A stretch of 64,000 nucleotides of DNA from Streptococcaceae bacterium (GTDB lineage Bacteria; Bacillota; Bacilli; Lactobacillales; Streptococcaceae). Below, in pieces: positions 29,803-39,580 of this stretch. The translations under genes were made by a program, and so were the position numbers. Location of the stretch: the NCBI GenBank assembly GCA_031285775.1, contig JAITVN010000004.1:391-64390 (forward strand), in the 5' to 3' direction. The notes beneath the pieces are model-generated. The model was not told where the DNA came from. It saw only the letters and a program-made list of their open reading frames with translations, and did not search any database. Position 1 is the first letter of the stretch. The number at the start of each line of letters is the position of its first letter.

Positions 29803-30010
29803 GATTTAATTATAACACAGCTGTAACACGAAATTAATACGAGCTACAGGTTTCATTCGCAACAAATTGCCGAAGCACCTCATAAAGATTAAATCGTAAA
29901 ATGCGTTTCCTCACGATTTAGTCTTTTCTTTTGGAGAGTTTACTTTTTGATGTATCGCTTTCAGTCTCATCCGAGATCCTCATCCTCAGGTTTATCAGAA
30001 GAAGGCCGCT

Positions 30011-30304
30011 TTAAAAAATCGTTATCAACCCTATTACAAGGCCAAGCGAAAACACCACAATCCATCGCCAGTCAAAGCTCCGAATGAGCTTTCCAGCAGT
30101 CGAAAGATTCAGTGCTTTATTCAGATTCGCAAAGAAGTCATAAATCGTATTCGTGTCAGCTTTCTTTTCACGCGTATTTGCCAGGGTCTTCTGGGAGCTC
30201 TGGTAGCAACCTTTTGACTTCTCAAGTACTAGGTTCCTTTTGGGTTTCAAAAATGTTGGTTTTGTGCTCGGCTCCTTTTCCTGTTTATATTCTTTTATTT
30301 TCAA
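30011..30304 (-). CDS. hypothetical protein with C-terminal TM, possibly a fragment
   Basis: Lys-rich, one C-terminal hydrophobic helix; weak start. Confidence 0.35.
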   Translation of the reverse strand: MKIKEYKQEKEPSTKPTFLKPKRNLVLEKSKGCYQSSQKTLANTREKKADTNTIYDFFANLNKALNLSTAGKLIRSFDWRWIVVFSLGLVIGLITIF

Positions 30305-30351
30305 TCATGTCATATGAATCCATTTGCTAGTTTTTATGATAAAGCCTTCCA

Positions 30352-31428
30352 TTACCACTTGAAAGAAATTCTTTTCTTCTTTTTCCCCAGAATGTTCGGT
30401 TCATTGCTATGGAGAAGATCTGGATTTTCAGCTTTTTTACTGAACTCCTCATTTTTTTGTTGAGACGTATTTGCACTTAACGATGAATCAGGGAACTGAT
30501 AGGTAGCTTTTTCTACTTCTGCAACAACTTCTTCATTTTGAAGCGAGTGTTTGCTTTTATTCATTCTTGTTGATACATCCACATGCTCAAGCTTCCTATT
30601 CACTTCTGCTCTTTGAAAAGGTAAATTAGTCGTCTCAACTTTTTCAACTTCCACCCCCTCATAAAGAGGCGGCAACGGAGCAAGTAATCTTGGCAGTCCT
30701 TCATCATCCAGAATTGATTTTCCATCTAAATCTTTCATCGTGTTAAAACCAACAAAATTATCTTTTTCCCATTTTCTTCTGCTCAACTGTCCTTCAGGTA
30801 TTCCTTGGATAATTCTTTTCTTAAGTAAACTTTTCCACACACTGGTTCTCTGCATATCTCTAAATTTAATCATTGAGATTACTATGCTAATAAGTAGTGC
30901 TAAGTTAAAGAAGTAAAGTAACCACTCTTCGGCTGTTTCTGGTTGTAGCCCTTCTCCATTCGTTTCATACTTAAAGACGAAGAAAATAACCATAATCAAA
31001 GTCATTAACAACCAAGTTAATCCTAACCTCACGAGTGCGCTCACTCTTCCTTGATTAATAATCAGAGAAACTTGAAGAAGATTCCATCTTTCCGACTTAT
31101 AATTTTCTTCTATAAGGCGATTAACCTTGGTATAGTTAGCATGTAGTAATGCAACCGCATAGATTCCTAGAACAAGAATTCCAAGAATTGAGATTATTAA
31201 CATCGTGTGGTTACTTACATCTCCCTCATCCAAAGACAAAAGTATCAACCCACCTCCAAAAATTGTCGAACTGAGATTTAACAAAAGGAATACAACTGGT
31301 TTACTTGACAAAATTATTGCTTGCTCCACCATCAAACCAGTGCCCCCCTTCGCATAAAGTGGCTGGTTTATCAGCATGATCAGAGAATATAAACTGATTA
31401 TCAAAAGTATAATTCCAAAAACTATCAT
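30352..31428 (-). CDS. hypothetical membrane protein (paralog 1)
   Basis: About 5 TM, conserved QLSRRKWEKDNFVGF/LDDEGLP, acidic tail, KKKRISFKW end. Confidence 0.8.
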   Translation of the reverse strand: MIVFGIILLIISLYSLIMLINQPLYAKGGTGLMVEQAIILSSKPVVFLLLNLSSTIFGGGLILLSLDEGDVSNHTMLIISILGILVLGIYAVALLHANYTKVNRLIEENYKSERWNLLQVSLIINQGRVSALVRLGLTWLLMTLIMVIFFVFKYETNGEGLQPETAEEWLLYFFNLALLISIVISMIKFRDMQRTSVWKSLLKKRIIQGIPEGQLSRRKWEKDNFVGFNTMKDLDGKSILDDEGLPRLLAPLPPLYEGVEVEKVETTNLPFQRAEVNRKLEHVDVSTRMNKSKHSLQNEEVVAEVEKATYQFPDSSLSANTSQQKNEEFSKKAENPDLLHSNEPNILGKKKKRISFKW

Positions 31429-31506
31429 GTTTTCTCCCATTCACCGAATCACATGTATGCTATAAACTTGATGACGAGACATTGTCTACAGATTCTTCCA
31501 TTTATG

Positions 31507-32511
31507 TCACCATTTAATAGAAATTCGTTTCTTTTTTGTCAACTTTGCACTGTCAACTTTTTCATTTGACTTTTCACTTTGAGACAAATCCTCTGGCTCA
31601 TAAACTTCACGATTTATCTCTTCGTTCTCAGACTGATATGTTTGTTCAATGATGCCTTCTTTTTCCTCTTCAAGAGGTAATGGTTCCTTTTCCTTCTTTT
31701 CTCCAACCACTGAATCTTGAAACTGCTCATCAGTCCTTTCATCCCCCTCATAAAGCGGCGGAAGGGGAGAATTTAACTGTGGCAGGCCTTCATCGTCAAG
31801 TATGGGGACACCATCTGAATTTTTGACTGTGTCAAAGCCTACAAAATTATCTTTTTTCCATCTTTTTCTGCTCAGCTGCCCATCTGGAATTTGAGTAATA
31901 ATTCGATTTTTTATTAGTTTTTTCCAGATACCAGTTCTTTGTATATCTATTAACCTCAGAGGAAGGTAAATTGACATGATAAAAAGAAATATAGTATAAA
32001 ACCATTGGAGCCAATCTTGCGTAGTTTCAAGGTAATTCACGTTTGTTCCGTACAGGCTCACTGTGAGGAGAAGCATTAGGTGGAAAAAAAATAATAGAGA
32101 CCAGGCGAATCCCATCCTTGTAAGAATACTTGATCTTCCATCATGGATAATCTGAGCCACTTGGAAAAGATTCCACTTTTCAGATTTATAGTTTTTTTCA
32201 ATTAAATGAGAGACCTTGACTTGATTGGCAAGTAAAAGTGCTGCCGAGTAGCTTCCAAAGAAAACAGTTCCTAATAGAGTGAATCTCCAATCATAGACAC
32301 TAAGCTCAGTATCAATAAATGCAATTGTCAAATAATATCCAAATATTGTCGAAGAAAGGTGCAAAAGGAGAAATAGTACTGAAAGACTTAAAAGGTAAAT
32401 TCCCTGCTCCATCATCAAGCCAGATCCTCCTTCCGCATAAAGCGGGAGTTTAATTAGCATAATGAGTGAGACTAGGCTAATTATCAAAAGAGCAATTCCT
32501 AAAACTATCAT
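31507..32511 (-). CDS. hypothetical membrane protein (paralog 2)
   Basis: Colinear with 30352..31428; ends KKKRISIKW. Confidence 0.8.
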   Translation of the reverse strand: MIVLGIALLIISLVSLIMLIKLPLYAEGGSGLMMEQGIYLLSLSVLFLLLHLSSTIFGYYLTIAFIDTELSVYDWRFTLLGTVFFGSYSAALLLANQVKVSHLIEKNYKSEKWNLFQVAQIIHDGRSSILTRMGFAWSLLFFFHLMLLLTVSLYGTNVNYLETTQDWLQWFYTIFLFIMSIYLPLRLIDIQRTGIWKKLIKNRIITQIPDGQLSRKRWKKDNFVGFDTVKNSDGVPILDDEGLPQLNSPLPPLYEGDERTDEQFQDSVVGEKKEKEPLPLEEEKEGIIEQTYQSENEEINREVYEPEDLSQSEKSNEKVDSAKLTKKKRISIKW

Positions 32512-32654
32512 TATTTCACTCCCATCCACGGTTGTACATCACGTAAATCATAAGTCTGGTATGGACTCAAACTTAAGATTTCTTGAACAGAAGTGTTCAA
32601 GTTCTTGACTTTTGATGCTGTCTTAGTCAATATGCTTGCAGGTCTAAATTTCAT
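32511..32654 (-). CDS. small 47-aa ORF coupled to paralog 2
   Basis: AAGGAG RBS; MKFRPASILTK...QPWMGVK; TAATG stop/start overlap. Confidence 0.45.
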   Translation of the reverse strand: MKFRPASILTKTASKVKNLNTSVQEILSLSPYQTYDLRDVQPWMGVK

Positions 32655-33267
32655 TTTAACTCCTTGCTTGTAAGTTCCTCCGCTCCCTGCTACTCCTACT
32701 GATAGATTGACACCATCATAAGATTGCTGGTTTCCTCCAAAAACTGTATCCCTAATTTAATTAAAGCTATTTTTTCCTTTTGTTTTCCAGAGAAATCATA
32801 ATCTTCCGCCTTTGACTTCTATCTCTCTATGAAAAATGGAAGATTCAAAAGGTGAACACAACGACCAATCACTGATATATTGCTCGGAATGCTTTTCTAA
32901 GCAATTGATTAAGTTTACCATTAATTTTAATGTTTGTCTAGAAGTAAGAAATGAAGGGATTTTTCAAAATTTTCCAAATATTTGTGCTTTAATTTAATGC
33001 CAAAAGTATAGACTTTGAATAATTGTTTCAAGTAAGACACCTATATGAACGTACGAATGCTTTCTTACCTTTTCGATAAATCATGGCAGTCACAATTCAA
33101 AGCGCAAATGAAAAGAAGGTCAAAGTATCAACCTCCTCTATCATCTCACGCAACAATCACACCCCTAGAAATACTATTCATTTTCGTGTTACAAGCAGTG
33201 CGTATTATCGCAACAGCCCTTCCTCCAAGAGTAATGTGATACGGGGCTCTGCCAACGGTAGATTTCA

Positions 33268-33900
33268 TCATTTTGCGACAACGGAAAACCTTTCCTTCAC
33301 ATGCTTGGCATTTTCGGCCTCATCCACCATGGCGATGGCGTAATCGGCATAACTGATATGGCTTTGCCCATCTTCACTGGTCATCAATTCTTCGCCGCCG
33401 GTTTTGTAAGTGCCTGTGCGGATGCCGTCTGCCTGGAAGTCGGCTGCGGGACTCAGGAAGGTCCAGTTGACATCATCTCGGCTACGGAGATCTTTCAACA
33501 CTTGACCTTGCGCTTGCGAAAGCGCTTTTGCCTCCGCAGGAAAATCAGCTGTGTCCGACAAAATCTGACTATGCTCAGGATTGACGTAAAGGCTGCCCGC
33601 TCCGCCCACAATCAGGAGACGATTAGGCTTGCCGCTCAAGATGTCGCAGAGGTGCTTGGCGGAAGTAATGTGCAGGGGAATTGTCTCGGGCGTCCAGGCA
33701 CCGAAGGCATCCACAATGACTTCGAAGTCTTTCAGGTCGTCGTATGTGAGGTCAAACAGGTCTTTGACTAGAATCGCGGCTTTGCCGAGTTCATTCGTGG
33801 GACGGCGAACGATGGCTGTCACCTCGTGTCCTCTGCTCAGCGCTTCTTTTACAATAAGGGATCCGGCTTTTCCGTTCCCGCCGATAACTGCAATTTTCAT
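33268..33900 (-). CDS. NAD(P)-dependent oxidoreductase (YwnB-like)
   Basis: IAVIGGNGKAG, VGGAGSL, WTFLSP, ISYADYA. Confidence 0.88.
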   Translation of the reverse strand: MKIAVIGGNGKAGSLIVKEALSRGHEVTAIVRRPTNELGKAAILVKDLFDLTYDDLKDFEVIVDAFGAWTPETIPLHITSAKHLCDILSGKPNRLLIVGGAGSLYVNPEHSQILSDTADFPAEAKALSQAQGQVLKDLRSRDDVNWTFLSPAADFQADGIRTGTYKTGGEELMTSEDGQSHISYADYAIAMVDEAENAKHVKERFSVVAK

Positions 33901-33931
33901 ATTCTCATCCTTACTTTTGTTGATAGAATTT

Positions 33932-34214
33932 AATTAGGTTCGGTGCGCCTGAAGCTAGGAGATTAGACAAATTGTGAACCTGCCCGACGGGCAGAACCAC
34001 AATCCCCTAAGCAGATTCTAAGCGCTTCAGCGCTTAGAAGTCGCTTCCCCCTGCTGGGGGTAAATCTCTACACATGGCTAAAGCCCTAGCAATTTCTAGA
34101 AGCTGAAGCTCCTGAAATTGTCTGCGTCCTGCGGCCACTGCTGTCCATTCTCGCTATGGCACTAAAGCGCCAAGTCGAATGGCTCGCTTCAAAACGGGCG
34201 CGCCTCACATCTTA
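33932..34214. repeat. structured dispersed repeat, copy 5 (long composite form)
   Basis: Same ends; holds both inner modules plus extra hairpins. Confidence 0.9.
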
Positions 34215-34320
34215 TTGTTTCTTCGTTAAATAATCCTACACCTAAAAATTACAAATGTAAACTGTTCTGCTCAGCACAAAATTATTTGTTCTTTCATGGC
34301 TTATAAGTTATAATTGACAA

Positions 34321-34956
34321 ATGACTTATCAAGTAAAAATTATCTATCCTAAAGAGGAAGCCTCAGAAGACAATAAGCTGACAGAGCGCACTTTCAATGA
34401 GTTCATTGATGAGCTTGAAACTGACGAAGTTTTATCACAGTACGAGCAGCTTTTGGCGCGAAGCTATTCCATCGCCGTCACATTTGCGCCGCCGGAGCTC
34501 GATAACACTGGCGCAGAGTCGGATCCATTCATGATTGCTGAACGATTTGAGCTGGCAGGAATCCCATACAAAGCCACGCTTAAGCTGAAAGCCTCCGGCG
34601 ACTACGAAGCCATGACGAAAATTGCCAAGAAGATTGAGCAGCAAGGTTTTGATTATGATATTTCTGTTAAACTGCAGATTCGCGAGAGTTCAGCGGTTGA
34701 CTTTGAAAAGTCGAATACCTGGTTTGATGTCGACCACACCAAGTACACCGTGCTGCCTAAGGCCAGCAGCCAAGATATCGGCGATTTGCGCACACTTTAT
34801 GAGAGCCTGGTCAATGACCACCAGAAAGTCACGATTAATCTTAAAGCCAAAGTCAAAAAAGATGACGATGACAGTTTTGCGAGCCAGCTAGCCGCATATC
34901 CAGAAGATACTCTAGTGATTTTCCGCTTGAGCGATGCGGATGTTTTTGGAGAATAA
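34321..34956 (+). CDS. hypothetical acidic protein
   Basis: 211-aa ORF; TATAAT about 6 nt before ATG and no RBS, possibly leaderless. Confidence 0.75.
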   Translation: MTYQVKIIYPKEEASEDNKLTERTFNEFIDELETDEVLSQYEQLLARSYSIAVTFAPPELDNTGAESDPFMIAERFELAGIPYKATLKLKASGDYEAMTKIAKKIEQQGFDYDISVKLQIRESSAVDFEKSNTWFDVDHTKYTVLPKASSQDIGDLRTLYESLVNDHQKVTINLKAKVKKDDDDSFASQLAAYPEDTLVIFRLSDADVFGE

Positions 34957-34967
34957 TTACCAGAATT

Positions 34968-35056
34968 CCCACGATAAAATCCCTAAGACATTATCACATT
35001 TGAACGATAACGATACCCACGATAAAATCCCACAACGCTACCCACGATAAAACCCC
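34968..35056. repeat. three direct repeats CCCACGATAAAA(T/C)CCC
   Basis: Copies at about 34968, 35016, 35041. Confidence 0.8.
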
Positions 35057-35137
35057 ACATTTGACAAAGACTGTCTGATTTGATAAACTAGTAGAAGCGA
35101 TTTTTATCGACTATCAAACGGAAATGGGGTGAAAAAT

Positions 35138-35314
35138 ATGTCAAGAACTGTCGTTCGTAAAAATGAGTCTCTTGAAGACGCACTCCGCCGTTTCAAGCGT
35201 GATACGCTAAAGGCTGGTACGCTTCAAGAAGTCCGCAAGCGCGAGCACTATGAAAAGCCGTCTGTTAAACGTAAGAAAAAATCTGAGGCTGCTCGTAAAC
35301 GTAAAAAATTCTAA
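35138..35314 (+). CDS. rpsU: 30S ribosomal protein S21
   Basis: [17 protein letters not shown]...[20 protein letters not shown]; promoter TTGACA-N17-TAAACT. Confidence 0.98.
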   Translation: MSRTVVRKNESLEDALRRFKRDTLKAGTLQEVRKREHYEKPSVKRKKKSEAARKRKKF

Positions 35315-35418
35315 CCGGATTTGAATCTCGTTACTTTAGCGGGATTTTTTGATAATTTTTTTCCGGACTGAGCACTAGTAAACGCTTCAGTCAACTTTTA
35401 CTTAAGGAGGGTAATACT

Positions 35419-36114
35419 ATGAAAATTACTGAAAATATTAAAATGTTGGAAATACCTGAACCGAAAGGCGATTTTTATCGTCCAACACTGACTTGGGATG
35501 ATGAACACCTTGTCCTTTTTGATACTGGTATTCCAGGTATGGGCGCACTGATTGCAGAAGAAATCAAGAAAGCCGGCTTCAAGCCTGAAGATTTGACAGA
35601 TATTATCATCACACATCAGGATATTGACCACATTGGCGGGGCTCTGGAGCTGCTGAAATTGGCTCCTGATGCAAAAGTCTATGGCTACGAAGTGGATGCG
35701 CCGTTTATTGAAGGCACAGAAACACCGACAAAACTAGCACTGATGCAAGGAAAACTTGATTCTGGTGAAATCGATGAGACAGACAGTTTTTATCAAATGT
35801 TGAAAACAGGGTTTGCCAAGTCACATTTACCAGTTGACGTCAAGCTGAAAGACGGTGAAGTACTTGACTTCTGTGGCGGCATTGAAACTGTCTTCACTCC
35901 AGGACATACGCCTGGACATGCCACGTTTTATCTGCAGAAGAGCAAGATAATGGTCTGCGGTGATGCGGCAAATATCGTTGATGGAAAACTCGTTGGCTCA
36001 AATCCTGCAATGACTTGGGATAACGAAAAAGCTGAGGCATCTTTGGAAAAAATAAAGTCATTTGATTTAGCTGGCGTAATCTGCTATCACACAGGTTTCT
36101 TGGAATTCAAATAG
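35419..36114 (+). CDS. MBL-fold metallo-hydrolase
   Basis: THQDIDHIG, PGHTPGH. Confidence 0.9.
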   Translation: MKITENIKMLEIPEPKGDFYRPTLTWDDEHLVLFDTGIPGMGALIAEEIKKAGFKPEDLTDIIITHQDIDHIGGALELLKLAPDAKVYGYEVDAPFIEGTETPTKLALMQGKLDSGEIDETDSFYQMLKTGFAKSHLPVDVKLKDGEVLDFCGGIETVFTPGHTPGHATFYLQKSKIMVCGDAANIVDGKLVGSNPAMTWDNEKAEASLEKIKSFDLAGVICYHTGFLEFK

Positions 36115-36232
36115 AATTAAAAACCGAGCGTTTTGCTACAAGCCCCAAAATAGGCTTTTGGTCGAAGTAGAAATACTTCGATTTTTTTCTGGGTAATTTA
36201 TCAAATGATGCTGATATGGCTAGTAGCATCAT

Positions 36233-38413
36233 TTATAATAGAGTTGTTAATAATTTAGCTTTCTGAGGCTTCTCAATTTTTTGTACCCATACAGCACTTG
36301 ACACTAAATTTTTTTCAGTATTTACTTGAATGTCACGAACTTTCAATTTTCCCTGTCCTTGAATATTGAAGCCGAAGAGTCCATAAGCACTTGAATCTAG
36401 TTTATTTGATTCTAAAACTTTCTCTTCCTCGATTTTGAACACAAGATTTTGTCCTTGAACAAATATGCCGAAATGATATGCTTTATCGTTTGTCCAAGGA
36501 AACTGAACTTCTTTCAGCAATTCACTCTCGCTGAAAGTGTTTCTCTTTAATGTGATCCGATTTTCCCCGTCAAATCCAATACTGTAATTTTCACGAATTC
36601 CTTTCGCTTTGAAGATCAACTGCTGATATCTTCCATAAACTGGCTGGAAGTCACATTCCAGCTGAATGTCCTTCTCGTAGTAAGATCCTGTCAGCGTCAT
36701 GGCGTCATCTTCAGCCGTTAAAACCATCTGATTTCCTTCAATTGTGCGCTCGCCGCGGTTGTGAGCAAAAGGAGTCACATTCAGAAATTCAACATTTTGT
36801 TTACTAAAATTAATCGTATAAGAAGGTTTTCCTGAGACTGAGAAAAATCCAATATTGAGTCGACCGAACAGACGATTTGTCAGAGGCGAGTCGGTGGTTA
36901 GTTCCAGACCGATTTCGTCCACAAAACTTCCCTTCATATCAGGGATTTCGAAAGTAATATCTGTCCATTTATTTTCAACTAACTGCAGCGCTGGTAGATA
37001 GATTCGCTTCTCGGAGAAACTATCTCTGAAATAGGGTCGGACAATCGCAGCGTCGCCTTTCCACTTTTCCAGCATCGTCGTTATTTTGACTGTCTGTCCA
37101 GAAAATGCTTGCGGCGCAAAGCAAGGCTTGTAGCGTTCATCACTGAAGTCGCTTCGTTTGTAATAAGTTTTTGTATAAATATGACTCACATCGCCAGCTA
37201 CCATGCGGTCAATCAGCACTCCCAGTGAAGGTTTGCGTTCATCGCCTGCCTCAACGTGAAAGAGCTCAGTTTTAAAGTAATTGTCGCTTTCAAAGCCGTG
37301 GGTTGAGCCCGGTAAGCTGAAATCGTAGTGAATTTCACCAAGTCTTGAATCGTAAGTTAAGATTTCAGGAAGCGCTTCAAGGTTCATCCGACATGACAAA
37401 CGAGCCGTTTCTTTGACAAATGTTGGAACATCAACAATATTCAACTGTCCAACCACGCTGGAAGTAATCACACGATCATTTGTAATCTTCCGATACTTAT
37501 CTGGCAATCCTTCCAAGCCGTTCATCACACCTAAAATTGTGCCCACATTACCGGCGTTACAATCTGTATCCCAGCCGCACATTGTCGCAATTTCAATCGT
37601 TCTGGCAAAATCATTCTGACCGTACAGCAGAGACAGGACACAAACACCCGCATTCGGGATGATGTGAACAACCCCGCCGTATTTGTCATAACCCCACTCG
37701 GCATCCAGGAATTCCATGCAGCGGTACCAATCCTCAGGATGCACAGCATGAAAGTCGATCACTGCCTCTACCACTTTTGCATAAGTCGATTCTGGGCTGA
37801 CAAATTTTAAGGCCTCTGAAATAATTGTCTTAACATCATGATGCGTGAACGCCAGCGAGATACAAGCGGCAATGAATTTTGCACCCTCCAATCCGTCGCC
37901 GTCATGCGACACACTGGCTGCTTTCTTTGCAAAGTCGGCAGCTTTTTCAGGATTTTGAGGAAAAAGCAGCCCCCAGGTATCTATGAAAATCTGCCCGCCA
38001 ATCTGCTCAGCAAGTTCCTGCCCGTTTACTTCGATGGAGCCCGATTTTGGTGGAAAAATTCCTCGTAAAAGATTCAAGTAGACAGTGTGTTCTGTACTGA
38101 TATGATCCCCGCCCCACCAGAACATTCCAATGTTTTCGCGACCGTAATTCAGCCAAGCTTTCGCCACCTCTTGGGCTCCTGCTTCGGCTGGATTCACCAT
38201 TGACAGGAGTTCTCGGTGAAACCAGACGGGGCCGTTGGTGTCGTCATCTGCCGCAAAAGTCTTGTAATACTTAGTAAACCCAGTAATATTCCCGTAGATT
38301 TCACGGATTTTTTTGTAATCATAAATCGCAGGCTCAACTGGTGCGCCTAATCTTACGCCAAAGGTCTTCCCCAGAAAACCTGAATAGATTTTCTCTAAAA
38401 TTTCTTGGTCCAA
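36233..38413 (-). CDS. ADP-ribosylglycohydrolase family protein with long beta-rich C-terminal extension
   Basis: GVRLGAPVE, ADDDTN, GWDTDCNAG. Confidence 0.85.
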   Translation of the reverse strand: MDQEILEKIYSGFLGKTFGVRLGAPVEPAIYDYKKIREIYGNITGFTKYYKTFAADDDTNGPVWFHRELLSMVNPAEAGAQEVAKAWLNYGRENIGMFWWGGDHISTEHTVYLNLLRGIFPPKSGSIEVNGQELAEQIGGQIFIDTWGLLFPQNPEKAADFAKKAASVSHDGDGLEGAKFIAACISLAFTHHDVKTIISEALKFVSPESTYAKVVEAVIDFHAVHPEDWYRCMEFLDAEWGYDKYGGVVHIIPNAGVCVLSLLYGQNDFARTIEIATMCGWDTDCNAGNVGTILGVMNGLEGLPDKYRKITNDRVITSSVVGQLNIVDVPTFVKETARLSCRMNLEALPEILTYDSRLGEIHYDFSLPGSTHGFESDNYFKTELFHVEAGDERKPSLGVLIDRMVAGDVSHIYTKTYYKRSDFSDERYKPCFAPQAFSGQTVKITTMLEKWKGDAAIVRPYFRDSFSEKRIYLPALQLVENKWTDITFEIPDMKGSFVDEIGLELTTDSPLTNRLFGRLNIGFFSVSGKPSYTINFSKQNVEFLNVTPFAHNRGERTIEGNQMVLTAEDDAMTLTGSYYEKDIQLECDFQPVYGRYQQLIFKAKGIRENYSIGFDGENRITLKRNTFSESELLKEVQFPWTNDKAYHFGIFVQGQNLVFKIEEEKVLESNKLDSSAYGLFGFNIQGQGKLKVRDIQVNTEKNLVSSAVWVQKIEKPQKAKLLTTLL

Positions 38414-38416
38414 GGC

Positions 38417-39568
38417 TTACCTCCTGATAATTCTCTCTTGACTTTTTGCCTTAGTAACATCCTGCCGAATAATTTTCTCTGCAAGATGTGCAAAAAGAGC
38501 CGCGTTTTCTTCAAGCTGTAATTGATTAACGTCTTCAAGCAGCTTTTGGTCTCTTTTGCTGACAATTGATTGACCATACAAGGCACCTGAAATTGCGCCA
38601 ATCATCACACCGATTGAATCTGTATCTCGACCTGAATTTACTGCCTTGACAATACTTGTTTCAAAATCCTGATATAGCCGCATATAGGCTAAAGCCATCG
38701 GTAGCTCTTCAATACTCCGAAAGCGAGACGGGGCATAATGATTACTCGCTATTCCAAGTTTGTCTTCGCTTCGATTGACATCGTCCGCCATCGGCGAGTA
38801 TTTCAGGATTTCTGTATGAAAAGCCGAAACAACAGTGTCCTGGTCAAAAATTCCACTCCGACACAGTTCATCAGCACATCCAATCATTCCCCGAATCGCT
38901 GCTTTGGTCCCATCCTTCGCGATCGCCATCGCTCTTTCAATCACAGAATCAATTGTGGCATCTGCCTTGAAAGCCTCTGCAACACATGCTGCAAGCACAC
39001 CAGCAGCTTCTAGTCCATAACTTGCCTGATGTCCGCAAGCAAAGAGAATCGCCTCATTGTAGGCTGCAATTGGATTTCCTGCGTTGACAATACCAATGGG
39101 TGAAATGTACATCGCTGCACCGCAGTTAATCATATTCCCGTAGCCGCCTTCACGCGGCTCGCAATTGGCCAGTACATGACGCTGAAAAATATATTTCTCT
39201 GGATAAAAGAGACGCTCTTGAATGACAGATTCAAATCCGAATTCAGGGATATAGCGCCTGACATAGACCAGCTGACGAAGAAATTCATCCGCCATGTCCC
39301 AGCAATCAATATGTCTGCCGACTTTCAAATAGGTCTGAATCAGAGCTGTCGTCATCAGCGTGTCGTCGGTGACAATTCCATTTCCGCGCATTCGATTCAA
39401 TCGTCTTTCCGACTCCCAGTCTGATTTCCACCATTCATTGCAAATTGAATTAACTTCGCCGTATTTTTCTTTGATTTCCTGATATGTGAGTTTCTCAATC
39501 GTCGCACCCAATGCGTCACCATAAGCTGTCCCAAATACGACGCCTGCAACTTTGTCTTTAAATGACAT
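38417..39568 (-). CDS. ADP-ribosylglycohydrolase family protein
   Basis: AYGDALG, VTDDT, GRDTDSIG. Confidence 0.9.
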   Translation of the reverse strand: MSFKDKVAGVVFGTAYGDALGATIEKLTYQEIKEKYGEVNSICNEWWKSDWESERRLNRMRGNGIVTDDTLMTTALIQTYLKVGRHIDCWDMADEFLRQLVYVRRYIPEFGFESVIQERLFYPEKYIFQRHVLANCEPREGGYGNMINCGAAMYISPIGIVNAGNPIAAYNEAILFACGHQASYGLEAAGVLAACVAEAFKADATIDSVIERAMAIAKDGTKAAIRGMIGCADELCRSGIFDQDTVVSAFHTEILKYSPMADDVNRSEDKLGIASNHYAPSRFRSIEELPMALAYMRLYQDFETSIVKAVNSGRDTDSIGVMIGAISGALYGQSIVSKRDQKLLEDVNQLQLEENAALFAHLAEKIIRQDVTKAKSQERIIRR

Positions 39569-39580
39569 ATTTCTTCCTGA

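Noticed and set aside
33045-33343. Short ORFs downstream of the oxidoreductase
   Set aside because: No motifs or RBS; likely spurious or unrecognisable relics.
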